Below are positions 28,863-38,708 of a stretch of DNA of 64,000 bases, in pieces. Below the pieces are notes generated by a model that was not told the origin of the DNA, ran no database searches, and worked only from the letters and a program-made list of their open reading frames with translations. This DNA is from Minisyncoccota bacterium (GTDB taxonomy: Bacteria; Patescibacteriota; Minisyncoccia; Phycocordibacterales; UBA1006), in NCBI GenBank assembly GCA_036405175.1, contig DASWYC010000002.1:123429-187428 (forward strand). Reading direction: 5' to 3'. Made by a program: the position numbers and the translations under genes. Each line of letters begins with the position of its first letter. The stretch's first letter is position 1.

Positions 28863-30200
28863 ATGGTTTTTTTAACCCGTTATATTAATCACAAAGTGAT
28901 TTCTGTATTAATGACCCTTACGTTTGTCTTTCAGCCATTCGTAATCTACGCTCAATCTACGTCAACTGAGCAACGAGCAGCACTTGAGGCTGAGCTTAAA
29001 AAGTTGGAAGCAGAAATTAAAGAGCAGGAAGGTTTGCTTAATGACCAAAAGAAAAAAACTGGTGTCATTAGTGGCGATCTTAAAAAGATCTCGGATCAAA
29101 TTGCTGCCAAGCGTACCGAAATTGCTGCTAAACAAAAACTTATTAGTAATCTTTCGTCTCAGATTGGGCAAAAAGACAGCACCATCAAGCAACTCACTTC
29201 AGAATTGACTCGTGAAAAGGAGTCACTTGCACGTTTGGTGCGTAAGATGCGTGAAGTTGAAGATGCTTCGCTCCCAGAATTTCTTCTTGATTCAAAGACT
29301 GTTTCTGAGTATTTCTCTGATTTTGATAATTCATCATTTATTCAAGACGAACTTCAGGGAAGTCTTCGTACGACTCGTATTGAACATGATAAAACCGTAG
29401 ATGAAAAAGAGGTATTGGAGGATAAGAAAACTAAAGAAGCAGAAGTACGTGCCAAGCTTGAAGCTGAACGCCAAAAAGCACAAGTTGATCACACCAAAAA
29501 AAATAGCGAACTTACTGATGCTAAAAAAGTAGAAACAAAAATCAGTAACGATATCGCTGCTCGTAAAAAAGAGGTAGCCAAGATTCAAGCTCGACTCTTT
29601 GAGCTCCGCGGACAAAAAGGAATTTCATTCGGTTCTGCATATGACTATGCAAGGAAAGCAGAAGCTAAGACGGGCGTAAGTGCGGCATTCGTATTGGCAA
29701 TTTTGAAGCAGGAAAGTAATCTTGGAAAGAATGTAGGAACCTGTAATCGTCCTGGCGATGCACGTACCTGGAAAGATATTATGCCGGGTCCTGATGATGG
29801 TTCATGGCGCGATGATCAAAAAGTGTATCTTGAGATCATGTCTGATCTTGGACGAAGCCCAGACGGACAGCCACTATCATGTCCAATTGGTAAAGGATGG
29901 GGAGGAGCAATGGGGCCTTCGCAGTTTATCCCAACCACCTGGAAGAGCTATGCGTCCCGCATTGCTAAGGCGGTAGGAGAATCACCCGCTGATCCGTGGA
30001 ATCCTGAGCATGCAATTACGGCAACATCACTCTACTTGTCAGATTTAGGCGCAGGATCAACGTATGAATCACTTAAGCAGGCAGCATGTAAGTACTATTC
30101 TGGACGTGCATGTGCCTCAAGTACGGTCTTCTATGGAAATGCGGTGGTAAGTCATGCTAAGGGATTTGAAGCAGATATTAAGTTGATTGAAAGTATCTAA
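28863..30200 (+). CDS. Coiled-coil protein with C-terminal lytic transglycosylase domain
   Basis: Signal peptide, long heptad region, LAILKQES, GAMGPSQFIPTTW, DPWN...AITATSLYL. Confidence 0.85.
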   Translation: MVFLTRYINHKVISVLMTLTFVFQPFVIYAQSTSTEQRAALEAELKKLEAEIKEQEGLLNDQKKKTGVISGDLKKISDQIAAKRTEIAAKQKLISNLSSQIGQKDSTIKQLTSELTREKESLARLVRKMREVEDASLPEFLLDSKTVSEYFSDFDNSSFIQDELQGSLRTTRIEHDKTVDEKEVLEDKKTKEAEVRAKLEAERQKAQVDHTKKNSELTDAKKVETKISNDIAARKKEVAKIQARLFELRGQKGISFGSAYDYARKAEAKTGVSAAFVLAILKQESNLGKNVGTCNRPGDARTWKDIMPGPDDGSWRDDQKVYLEIMSDLGRSPDGQPLSCPIGKGWGGAMGPSQFIPTTWKSYASRIAKAVGESPADPWNPEHAITATSLYLSDLGAGSTYESLKQAACKYYSGRACASSTVFYGNAVVSHAKGFEADIKLIESI

Positions 30201-30244
30201 TACAAAAAAATACCTCGCATGAGGTGTTTTTTTTGTTTAAAAGA

Positions 30245-30344
30245 TTGCACCGTACTTTGAACGGTGTATACTTTCTAAGGCAACTTCAGTTTTCTAAGCG
30301 GGCTGTCGGACCAATTGAATCAATTGTGCGAGACAGCCTTTTTT
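30245..30344 (+). ncRNA. Candidate short RNA unit converging on the cysS 3' end
   Basis: TTGCAC-N16-TATACT, then hairpin GGCTGTC..CAATTGA-A-TCAATTG..GACAGCC-T5. Confidence 0.3.
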
Positions 30345-31791
30345 ATTGAAGACTGACACCAAGAATCTTTGCAGGGAAATAGAATGATTCATCTTTTCCA
30401 TCTTCGCAGGCAATATTTTCTGCAAGAAGCTCATCACGGAGTTCATCTGATTTTTGATAGTCTTTATTGAGGCGAGCTTTATTTCGCTCATAAATGAGTG
30501 CTACCGTTTTTTCTTGGGTAAGAAACTTTTTAGTCGTAGAATCTACTTCCTTAAATTTAAGACCAAAAAGATCATCGAATTTTAACATTAGTATTGTTTT
30601 ATACCTTGAATCATAATTAATAGCAGGTTCTTCTCCAATATATCTCATAAATTGCGAAAATGATTGAGGAGTATTTAAGTCATTCTGATATCCGCTTAGA
30701 ATATCCGAGGTTTTGTAGTCTTCAACGAGAATTTGTACTGCATCTAGGGAACTTTTTTGACGTAAGTCATCATAAATACACTTTGCAATGGTTTTATATA
30801 GCCCACTTAATAGGTTTGAAGAAGCTTCTAGCGCATCCCAAGAAAAATTCAATACTGATCGGTAATGTGCTTGTAAAAAGAGTACACGTAATGCCAACGG
30901 AGAAATGTTCTTTTCTTCAAGATCTGCCAAGGTAAACATGTTACCAAGAGACTTTGCCATCTTTTCACTGTCGATATTCAAAAACTCTCCATGCATCCAG
31001 TAATGAGCAAAGTTCTTGTCCGTGCTGCAACATGCTTGAGCGATCTCATTATTATGATGAATAGGTTTAAGATCAATACCTCCTGTGTGAATATCAAACT
31101 CTTCACCAAGATATTTAATGCTCATGGCTGAACATTCAATATGCCAACCAGGAAAACCTTTACCAAGCTCAGAATCAAAACCCATCTCATCAAATTTCCA
31201 AAGAGCAAAATCTTGAATATTGCGCTTCTCAGATTCTTCAATACGAGAATTTTCTTCTTGTCCGCTCGTGGTGAGTCCGCCAAGAGCTCCGTAATGAGGA
31301 TCTTTAGAAACATCAAAGTAGATAGCATGCTTGGTAACGTATGAAATTTCTTTTGCAATAAGTTGTTGGATCATTGCAATTTGCTCTTTAATATGATCAG
31401 ACGCTTTAGGGAGTACATGCGGATGCAAAATATTAAGTGCTTCCAAGTCTTTTTCAAACTGTTCAGTTTCTTCCGCGGCAGCAGAGAGCATATTTTTAAG
31501 ATTAATCTCCAACCCCTTGCGCTTGAGAAGTCTCATCATTTTATCCTCACCAAAATCCGCATCCCCAGAGATGTGTCCGATATCGGTAATATTCATCACT
31601 TGCTTCACCTTGTGGCCGGTAAATTCAAAGTAGCGACGCAAGGTATCGGCTAAAAAGAATGAACGCAAGTTTCCAATATGAACACGATCGTAGACCGTTG
31701 GTCCGCAGTGATACATCGTGATTTCTCTATCATTTATTGGGGTAAACTCTTCTATTTGCTTATGGAGGGAATTATAAATATTTAGTGGCAT
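30343..31791 (-). CDS. cysS: Cysteine--tRNA ligase
   Basis: CGPTVYDRVHIGN, NITDIGH, PGWHIECSAM, HTGGIDL..HHNNE, KMAKS. Confidence 0.97.
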   Translation of the reverse strand: MPLNIYNSLHKQIEEFTPINDREITMYHCGPTVYDRVHIGNLRSFFLADTLRRYFEFTGHKVKQVMNITDIGHISGDADFGEDKMMRLLKRKGLEINLKNMLSAAAEETEQFEKDLEALNILHPHVLPKASDHIKEQIAMIQQLIAKEISYVTKHAIYFDVSKDPHYGALGGLTTSGQEENSRIEESEKRNIQDFALWKFDEMGFDSELGKGFPGWHIECSAMSIKYLGEEFDIHTGGIDLKPIHHNNEIAQACCSTDKNFAHYWMHGEFLNIDSEKMAKSLGNMFTLADLEEKNISPLALRVLFLQAHYRSVLNFSWDALEASSNLLSGLYKTIAKCIYDDLRQKSSLDAVQILVEDYKTSDILSGYQNDLNTPQSFSQFMRYIGEEPAINYDSRYKTILMLKFDDLFGLKFKEVDSTTKKFLTQEKTVALIYERNKARLNKDYQKSDELRDELLAENIACEDGKDESFYFPAKILGVSLQ

Positions 31792-32701
31792 ACGATTTCT
31801 TACGATTGAAGTAGATAAATAGTATGATACCTACCAAGCCTGAAATAGCAAGAAGTGAGTACATGCGGAGCGGAGTTCCAAAAACGGTACCCTCAAGCAT
31901 GCCAGTAGAGATAAACGTTGCCATGGTGGCAATTGGTGTCATTGCACAAGCAACCAGTGTTATGAAATTCATTGATTTAGTTGAGCTAAGTTGTACCAAG
32001 AGAAAGCTCGTCTCACGAAGATCATCAAGAATATTTTTGGTATTTTCCACCTGAGATTCCAAAAAGCGGTACTGGGTGTGTAATTCTTCAACGTAGAGAA
32101 TAAATGATTCTTCAGCAAACAAATGTTTCTGACCAAGAATGGTCTCGTAGAGTTGAGAATGATTTTTGAGTGTACGATTACATGACAAAATAATTCTATT
32201 TACCGAGGCAAGCGTGTATACCATATATTCTTCTTCTCCAGAAAAGATTTTATCTTCCACCTTTTTAAGATCCCCAGAAACATTGTGGATTTCCTCAGAG
32301 ATAATTCCATAGAGAAGTTTAAGGAGTGAGGTGAACAGTTTGTATCCGCTCAATTCATGAGCCTGTTTTTGTACTAAAAACTGGGATTCAAGCTTTTTTT
32401 CAAATTCAAGAAGACCATCAAGCGGATTTTGGTGAATAGTGATAAGGGTTGAGCGGAATACAAGGATATCAAGTTTGGTTTCCCAGAGCGTGGTGTTGTC
32501 GTAGCGGTCGGTAGGGAAATACATCGTAAGGTGAATATAGTGCGGCATTACACGCGCACGTGAGTATTCAGTTTGATTAATGAGATCTTTTGAGCTGATG
32601 GCATCGAGAGAAAACTCCTCAACACATGAGACGAGCTCATCGTAGGATGGATTTTCATAGTCAATCCAGGTGGTTGAACCATAAGCAAATTCCTTTCGCA
32701 T
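31772..32701 (-). CDS. CorA-family divalent cation transporter (divergent)
   Basis: WIDYENPS..EL, LITIH, long helices, two C-terminal TMs; GML in place of GMN. Confidence 0.75.
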   Translation of the reverse strand: MRKEFAYGSTTWIDYENPSYDELVSCVEEFSLDAISSKDLINQTEYSRARVMPHYIHLTMYFPTDRYDNTTLWETKLDILVFRSTLITIHQNPLDGLLEFEKKLESQFLVQKQAHELSGYKLFTSLLKLLYGIISEEIHNVSGDLKKVEDKIFSGEEEYMVYTLASVNRIILSCNRTLKNHSQLYETILGQKHLFAEESFILYVEELHTQYRFLESQVENTKNILDDLRETSFLLVQLSSTKSMNFITLVACAMTPIATMATFISTGMLEGTVFGTPLRMYSLLAISGLVGIILFIYFNRKKSYATKYL

Positions 32702-32823
32702 GAATATATTGTAGCACCTATAAAATATAGGGATTTTGGCGTATTGGTAAGAATGGGGCAAAAATCCGGATTTTGCTCGTAATCGCTTGCAAAAACCAGA
32801 AAAGTAGGTATACTTGTACCACT

Positions 32824-33156
32824 ATGTCAACCCAGTCGTCAGTATTTGCAGTAATCATTGCCGGAGGCAAGCAATATAAAGTTGCTCCAGGAATGAAGCT
32901 CAAAATCGAAAAAATCAACGATGAACTCAAAGCCGGAGATGCAGTAACCTTCTCAGAAGTCACTCTTGTTTCTAAGGATGGAAATGTAACCGTTGGAGCT
33001 CCAACCGTAGCAGGCGCATCAGTTATCGGGGAATTCATTGAAACCACTAAGGACGCAAAAATCCGTGTAGCAAAATTCCGCGCAAAGTCTAACTATCACA
33101 AAGTATACGGACACCGCCAGCCACACTCATACGTTCTTATTAAGGATATTAAATAA
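32824..33156 (+). CDS. rplU: 50S ribosomal protein bL21
   Basis: AVIIAGGKQYKV, YGHRQP. Confidence 0.96.
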   Translation: MSTQSSVFAVIIAGGKQYKVAPGMKLKIEKINDELKAGDAVTFSEVTLVSKDGNVTVGAPTVAGASVIGEFIETTKDAKIRVAKFRAKSNYHKVYGHRQPHSYVLIKDIK

Positions 33157-33231
33157 CACTCTCGCAAGAGGGTTTTATTTTTTTCTATGGTATTGTGAAG
33201 CTATTCACTCATAATTTTTTAAAAATTAACA

Positions 33232-33777
33232 ATGAAAACACTAAGTATACTCATTTGTTCAGAGAGTCCTGCAAAAACAGAAGCAACTCGGTTGGCATTC
33301 CAAGAAGCTTTTCCTAACACTAATCTGAGATACTATAATTTTGCTGCAGATTCAAAGATTCACATTCAGCCCATAAGTCTTGAAATGACGGCATTGGGGG
33401 CCATTAATCGTATTAATGGGGCATTGCAAAATATACCTGGATGCGACTACTATGTTTCGATTGAATCCGGAGTTAATAAGCTCTTCGATCAAATTGTATG
33501 TTTCTCCGTAATCTGTATTCATGAAGCTGCTACCAATAAAAGGGTGGTGATACCGGGCTCATCAATTCCGCTCCCGAGTCAAATCTACGAGGAGAAGATA
33601 TTTAGGCACATGTCTGGGGTTGGTGAAATCACTGACGAATACTTTGGAGTTGAGAATACTAAAAAGTTTGATGGTGCATTTTCATACTTGAGTAATGGTA
33701 AATTTAAGCGTTATGAAGTTGATGCTCGGGATATAAGTTTTGCACTCTTGCCGTTCATCTCAGAATTTTACAAATAA
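33232..33777 (+). CDS. YjjX-like inosine/xanthosine triphosphatase (DUF84)
   Basis: SESPAK, QP..LEMTALGAINR, SIESG, GAFSYLS..R. Confidence 0.7.
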   Translation: MKTLSILICSESPAKTEATRLAFQEAFPNTNLRYYNFAADSKIHIQPISLEMTALGAINRINGALQNIPGCDYYVSIESGVNKLFDQIVCFSVICIHEAATNKRVVIPGSSIPLPSQIYEEKIFRHMSGVGEITDEYFGVENTKKFDGAFSYLSNGKFKRYEVDARDISFALLPFISEFYK

Positions 33778-33810
33778 TTCACAAATAGAGCGATACCAAG
33801 TATTGCTCTA

Positions 33811-34431
33811 TTATTTTCTTCCTTCCAATGCTGAACTAATAGTTGATCGATCAAGATATTCAAGCTCGCTACCCGTTGAAATTCCACGTCCGAGCGTTGA
33901 AACTTTAAAGGTATAAAACGGAATCTGATCTTCAATCGTATTTTTAATCTTATTCATTGTCATATCTCCCTCAAGTGAAGGTGATAGCGCAAAAATAATT
34001 TCTTTAAGCGTATTATCAGAATCAAGTACTTTAATGCGCTCAATCAACTCAGGAATCCTGGAATAAAATTTTTTCTTACGCTCAATTAATGGTTCAAGAT
34101 TTCCTAATACAAAATATTTTCCGTTATACACTGCAGACTCTTCAACTGCTTTAAGATCAGAGTCTTTTTCAACAATCATGAGCGTTTCAGCAGAGCGAAG
34201 CGGATTCCGTTCAATAGGAGAAAGACCGGTCGCATCGAATTGATCAAAGTAAATCTGAAAGCTATGTTTGCAGACGCGCATATTGCCACGAACTTCAGTT
34301 ATGAGCCTGGCAAAACGATTAATTTCATCCCCAGACATTTTCATGAGTGAAAAAATAAACCGCTCAGCTTGTCGCGGTCCAACACCAGGAAGACCTTTAA
34401 AAATTTCTAAGAGTTCATCTCGGACAGACAT
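33811..34431 (-). CDS. recR: Recombination mediator RecR
   Basis: LPGVGPRQAER, Toprim IVEKDSD, YFVLG, EGDMT, GSELEYLD. Confidence 0.92.
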   Translation of the reverse strand: MSVRDELLEIFKGLPGVGPRQAERFIFSLMKMSGDEINRFARLITEVRGNMRVCKHSFQIYFDQFDATGLSPIERNPLRSAETLMIVEKDSDLKAVEESAVYNGKYFVLGNLEPLIERKKKFYSRIPELIERIKVLDSDNTLKEIIFALSPSLEGDMTMNKIKNTIEDQIPFYTFKVSTLGRGISTGSELEYLDRSTISSALEGRK

Positions 34432-34432
34432 A

Positions 34433-35884
34433 CTAGAATTCATCAAAATCAACACCTACACCAGAGCGTCCGCTATTGCCTGGGTCCATGTCTCCATACC
34501 CGCGATCGCGCACAATGTCTTCAAAGGTGGTATTTTTACCATTAAAGTAGAGCTCAACAATTCCTGTTGGTCCATTGCGATGCTTTTCAATAATGATTTC
34601 TGCAATGTTGGTGCGTTCGGCTTCGTCTTTAGACTTATCTTCACGGTGAATAAACATCACCACATCGGCGTCCTGCTCAATAGATCCAGAATCACGAAGA
34701 TCAGAAAGACGAGGCTTTCCTCCGCGACTTTCCACATTACGAGAAAGCTGTGACAGTGCAATCACGGGTACATCCATTTCACGCGCGAGCTCTTTAAGTC
34801 CACGAGAAACTTCGGTGGTTTGTTGAACAATATTATCTGTTTTTCTTTCTGGATTAATGAGCTGAAGGTAATCAACAATAATCATATCAAGTCCATGTTC
34901 GCGTTTAAGACGGCGCGCCGCAGAACGCATATTCAAAAGTGTATTTCCTGGTTGATCTTCAATAAAGAGGGGAGCTTTTGAAAGCACGGCCATGGCTTCT
35001 TGAATTTTCTCATAGTCTTCCGGCGATAAGTTTCCGTTACGAATTTTCCATCCATCAACTCGTGATTGAGATGAAAGGAGACGAGAGATCAACTGCTCAG
35101 ATGACATTTCTAATGAAAAGATTCCAACTTTTGCTCCAGCATTTACCGCAGCATTGCGTGCAATATCCATTGCTAGTGTTGTTTTTCCAACCGAGGGACG
35201 TGCTGCCAATATTATTAGGTCTGAACGTTGAAATCCTGCGAGTTTAAGATCAAGTGCCGCAAATCCAGATGACACACCACGCATCTCATCAGGAGATTCT
35301 GAAAGTTTTTCAAGCGCAGCAAATGCATTAGGAAGCATTTCATTGATGCCAACAAATTTATGCTTGGTAAGATTTGACTGTGTTGATTCTGAAAAGATTT
35401 TTTCTGCAGTATCAATCGTGTCGTTCAAAGTTTTGTCTTCAATAAATCCAAGCTCGGTAATTTGCGCACCGGCTTCAATAAGTTTTCTGTGCGTAGATTT
35501 TTCTGCAACAATTTTTGCATAATGTTCAATGTGCGCAGATGAGTGAGTAGATTCGGTGAGGCGAGAAAGGTAACTGGTTCCGCCAATAAATTCAAGCGTT
35601 CCTAAATCTTTAAGTTTTGCGGTAATGGTCAAAAGATCAATTGGCTCATGATTGGTCATGAGGGTTTTCATCGTTGAATAGATGAGGCCATTTTTTTCTG
35701 CATAAAACGAATCGCTGGCAATAAGATCAAGAATATCAAAGAGTGCCTGCGGACGAAGCATGATACCTCCAAGTACCGCTTCTTCAGCTTCAAGATTATG
35801 TGGTGGAATACGATTTTTATAAAGATTGTCAAGAGAAATTTGAGGTTTTTGAAATCCAACATTTTTCACCGCTTCTTTAGCCAT
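34433..35884 (-). CDS. dnaB: Replicative DNA helicase
   Basis: PPHNLEAEEAVLG, AARPSVGKT, IVDYLQL, LSQLSR, SDLRDSGSIEQDAD, KHRNGPTG. Confidence 0.98.
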   Translation of the reverse strand: MAKEAVKNVGFQKPQISLDNLYKNRIPPHNLEAEEAVLGGIMLRPQALFDILDLIASDSFYAEKNGLIYSTMKTLMTNHEPIDLLTITAKLKDLGTLEFIGGTSYLSRLTESTHSSAHIEHYAKIVAEKSTHRKLIEAGAQITELGFIEDKTLNDTIDTAEKIFSESTQSNLTKHKFVGINEMLPNAFAALEKLSESPDEMRGVSSGFAALDLKLAGFQRSDLIILAARPSVGKTTLAMDIARNAAVNAGAKVGIFSLEMSSEQLISRLLSSQSRVDGWKIRNGNLSPEDYEKIQEAMAVLSKAPLFIEDQPGNTLLNMRSAARRLKREHGLDMIIVDYLQLINPERKTDNIVQQTTEVSRGLKELAREMDVPVIALSQLSRNVESRGGKPRLSDLRDSGSIEQDADVVMFIHREDKSKDEAERTNIAEIIIEKHRNGPTGIVELYFNGKNTTFEDIVRDRGYGDMDPGNSGRSGVGVDFDEF

Positions 35885-35993
35885 AGTGGTATAAGTATAG
35901 CATTGGAAGCACATGCGCAATCTTGAACACTTTCACAAAAAGATTGGTTATTTTTTAGCTGAATTTTGTAGTACATTTTTATACCATAAGAAG

Positions 35994-36380
35994 ATGAAAG
36001 AGTTTAAGATGTGGAGTAGGGTAAAAATGAGCATTAACGAATACAATCATATTCGCCGTGTTCATGAGCGGGATATATGGTGGTGCTCCATGGGTGTAAA
36101 TGTGGGTGATGAGCTCGATGGAAAAGGGCAAGAATTTGGACGTCCCGTCTTGGTGATGAAGCAGCTGAGCGCCAGAATGGTTTTGATTGTGCCGCTTACT
36201 TCTAGTCAGAGTGAACACAAATATCGTCTTGATGTTGGCTATGTTAAGAGAGAAAGGTCAAAAATAATTTTATCTCAGATCAGAGTTGTTGATACTCGAA
36301 GATTTATGGAGCGAATCACTATACTCGATAAGAAGACATTTGGCGCAATACAAAAAGCAGCTAGAGAATTGCTTTTCTAA
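35994..36380 (+). CDS. PemK/MazF-family toxin-like endoribonuclease, no adjacent protein antitoxin
   Basis: RDIWWCSMGVNVGDELDGK...RPVLV...IVPLTS...SQIRVVDTRR. Confidence 0.85.
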   Translation: MKEFKMWSRVKMSINEYNHIRRVHERDIWWCSMGVNVGDELDGKGQEFGRPVLVMKQLSARMVLIVPLTSSQSEHKYRLDVGYVKRERSKIILSQIRVVDTRRFMERITILDKKTFGAIQKAARELLF

Positions 36381-36488
36381 CTGCTTTTTCTTTTCTTCTT
36401 CATACACGCGTGCACTGCGTATAAATGTATGAAGACGGACCCGAAGGCACTTGTACATCTAGTATAACTTGGCTCGTGTGTTTGTCAA
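36375..36488 (-). ncRNA. Candidate structured RNA transcribed convergently into pemK (promoter included)
   Basis: TTGACA(36488)-N16-TATACT(36461), GCC-TTCG-GGT tetraloop, 10-bp TCTTCATACA/TGTATGAAGA stem. Confidence 0.5.
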
Positions 36489-36559
36489 ATAAATATTGAG
36501 AATGTCAAAGAAGTTGGTTATTTTGTAAAAGCGCTTTTATTTTGTATACTTACTTTAAT

Positions 36560-37582
36560 ATGTCAGAATTTGCTCCAAAATCTAATGTGCTTTTGACCGG
36601 TGATCGTCCAACAGGCAGGCTTCATCTTGGGCACTATGTTGGTTCAATTAAAAATCGTGTAGATCTCCAAAACGATACCTCAATCACTAAACGATTTTAC
36701 ATGGTGGCAGACTTGCAGGGACTCACCGATAACTTTAATAATCCTGAAAAAATTAGAGATAATGTTCGTGAAGTAATTTTAGATAATCTTGCCTGCGGAC
36801 TTGATCCAGAAAAAACAACCATTTTTATTCAATCAACCATTCCATTTATTGCCGAGCTTACCATGCTGTTTATGAATTTGGTAACGGTATCACGTCTTAA
36901 ACGCAATCCAACGGTAAAAGAAGACATCAAAGAAAAGAATTTTGGCGAAGCTGTGCCAGCTGGATTTTTAACCTTCCCAATTTCTCAAGCAGCGGATATT
37001 TTATGCGTAAAAGCAGATATTGTTCCTGTGGGGGCAGATCAAATGCCACATATTGAACAGACCAATGAAATTGGTGCGTCATTTAATAGAATGTATGCGC
37101 CGCTCTTTCCGTATGTAAAAGGAGTTATTTCAGAATATCCACGTTTGGTAGGGACTGATGGGAATGCAAAAGCATCAAAATCGTTGGGTAATGCTATTTA
37201 CTTGAGTGATTCATTTGAAGAAATTTCAAAGAAGGTAATGAGTATGTATACCGATCCTAATCATGTGAATGTTGCTGATCCAGGAAAAGTAGAAGGGAAT
37301 GTTGTGTTTACCTATTTGGATATTTTTGATGATAAAAAGGATGAAGTTGCTGAATTAAAAGCACAGTATATGAAAGGCGGATTAGGGGATGTTGTATTAA
37401 AGAAGCGATTGATTGACGTGCTTGAAAACGTAATTGCACCGATTCGTGCAAAGCGCGAAGAGCTTGAAAAGAATCCTGAATATATTGATAAGATTTTGAA
37501 ACAAGGATTTGAAACAACTATGAAAGAGACAGAGAAAATACGAGATGAAGTACGCGAGGCCGTAAAACTTTACAATATTTAA
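36560..37582 (+). CDS. trpS: Tryptophan--tRNA ligase
   Basis: TGDRPTGRLHLGH, QAADIL, VPVGADQ, KASKS, GGLGDVVLK. Confidence 0.97.
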   Translation: MSEFAPKSNVLLTGDRPTGRLHLGHYVGSIKNRVDLQNDTSITKRFYMVADLQGLTDNFNNPEKIRDNVREVILDNLACGLDPEKTTIFIQSTIPFIAELTMLFMNLVTVSRLKRNPTVKEDIKEKNFGEAVPAGFLTFPISQAADILCVKADIVPVGADQMPHIEQTNEIGASFNRMYAPLFPYVKGVISEYPRLVGTDGNAKASKSLGNAIYLSDSFEEISKKVMSMYTDPNHVNVADPGKVEGNVVFTYLDIFDDKKDEVAELKAQYMKGGLGDVVLKKRLIDVLENVIAPIRAKREELEKNPEYIDKILKQGFETTMKETEKIRDEVREAVKLYNI

Positions 37583-37615
37583 ACCAGAGTTTATAGCTCT
37601 GGTTGTAATGTAATT

Positions 37616-37855
37616 TTAGTTTAAATGGATAGTAACGTGTTCACGAGGGATACCCTGATGAATATAGCAAGCTGAAAGATAAAGGATTCTCTCTCGTGTG
37701 CGTGCGTTACCTTTAAAGAATAAGAACTCTCCGTCTACTCTGAGAAGCTCTAGTTTCTGAATGAGGTTATGTTCGCAAAGAGTTATGCTGCATACCATTC
37801 CAGGCAGCAGGTTACCCACAGGAAATTTATCGGATTCAACATTAAAGCTTTGCAT
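37616..37855 (-). CDS. Small orphan hypothetical protein
   Basis: 79-aa ORF alone in an intergenic gap, with AT-rich leader. Confidence 0.45.
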   Translation of the reverse strand: MQSFNVESDKFPVGNLLPGMVCSITLCEHNLIQKLELLRVDGEFLFFKGNARTRERILYLSACYIHQGIPREHVTIHLN

Positions 37856-37988
37856 AGCGTATATGATTTTGTAAGTGTGTGAAATAAAGAACTTCTTATA
37901 AAGATGTATACTTCTTCATAAAAAGAGTCAAGAAAATAAAAAGTCTCACGAATATTCGTGAGACTCCTTATAATTTACATAAGGTAAC

Positions 37989-38627
37989 TCAGTCATCTTT
38001 TTTATTAAAGATTTGCATGAGTTCAGGGAGGCTTAATTCATCAGCTTTGGAAACAAACGGCGCACGCAAGCTTAGCTCAGTTGACTTAAAAACAAGGATA
38101 TTAATATCACTTGGTATTGTGATATTCTCGCCCTGTCCTAACTTAAGAACACTCCCTCCGGATATCTGTTTTTTCTCTAAAAAAATTCCTGGAGCAATAG
38201 TTTCCAAACTTTGTGTAGAAAGCAAGGTTGCTATAAATACTTTGTCAGCAGATAATATACTCGGGTATTTTTCTTTCAGAATATTGACTACTCGATTCAA
38301 TTCAGATATCTTCACGGTCATGAGTTTTTCTGTAAACAGAAAGTCGTTAAGGTTACTTGATGTAAGTGTTCCTTGCACTACTCTTAATAGGGTATATATA
38401 CCTGGTCTATTTCTGCCTCCTATTATCGTTAGTGATTCTAATACTATAGGAGTAGTTTTTTTAGAAGTTATGGAGTGCCAGTGCCATTCAATAACCTTTT
38501 TTTCAATGCGTGTAGTATCTTCAATTGTCCTACCTGTAAACGGGTAGTACGTAACTTCTTGCGCAGTAGCTTTAAGATTAAATAAGAAAAATGCAACAGC
38601 GAGGATAAAAAATAAGTTTTTCATCAA
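37989..38627 (-). CDS. Orphan secreted protein
   Basis: Signal peptide MKNLFFILAVAFFLFNLKATA; promoter TTGACT-N17-TATAAT at 38677-38705. Confidence 0.65.
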   Translation of the reverse strand: MMKNLFFILAVAFFLFNLKATAQEVTYYPFTGRTIEDTTRIEKKVIEWHWHSITSKKTTPIVLESLTIIGGRNRPGIYTLLRVVQGTLTSSNLNDFLFTEKLMTVKISELNRVVNILKEKYPSILSADKVFIATLLSTQSLETIAPGIFLEKKQISGGSVLKLGQGENITIPSDINILVFKSTELSLRAPFVSKADELSLPELMQIFNKKDD

Positions 38628-38708
38628 TTTTAGATGTTTAAGTGTTATGAAATTATTTAGGTACTATTCAAATAGTATTATAACATATTATATATGTTAA
38701 GTCAATAC

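Noticed and set aside
36270-36458. 62-aa minus-strand ORF as a protein antitoxin
   Set aside because: Its ATG is only 2 nt from the -10 box (upstream of the expected TSS), it overlaps pemK antisense, and it has no antitoxin features.
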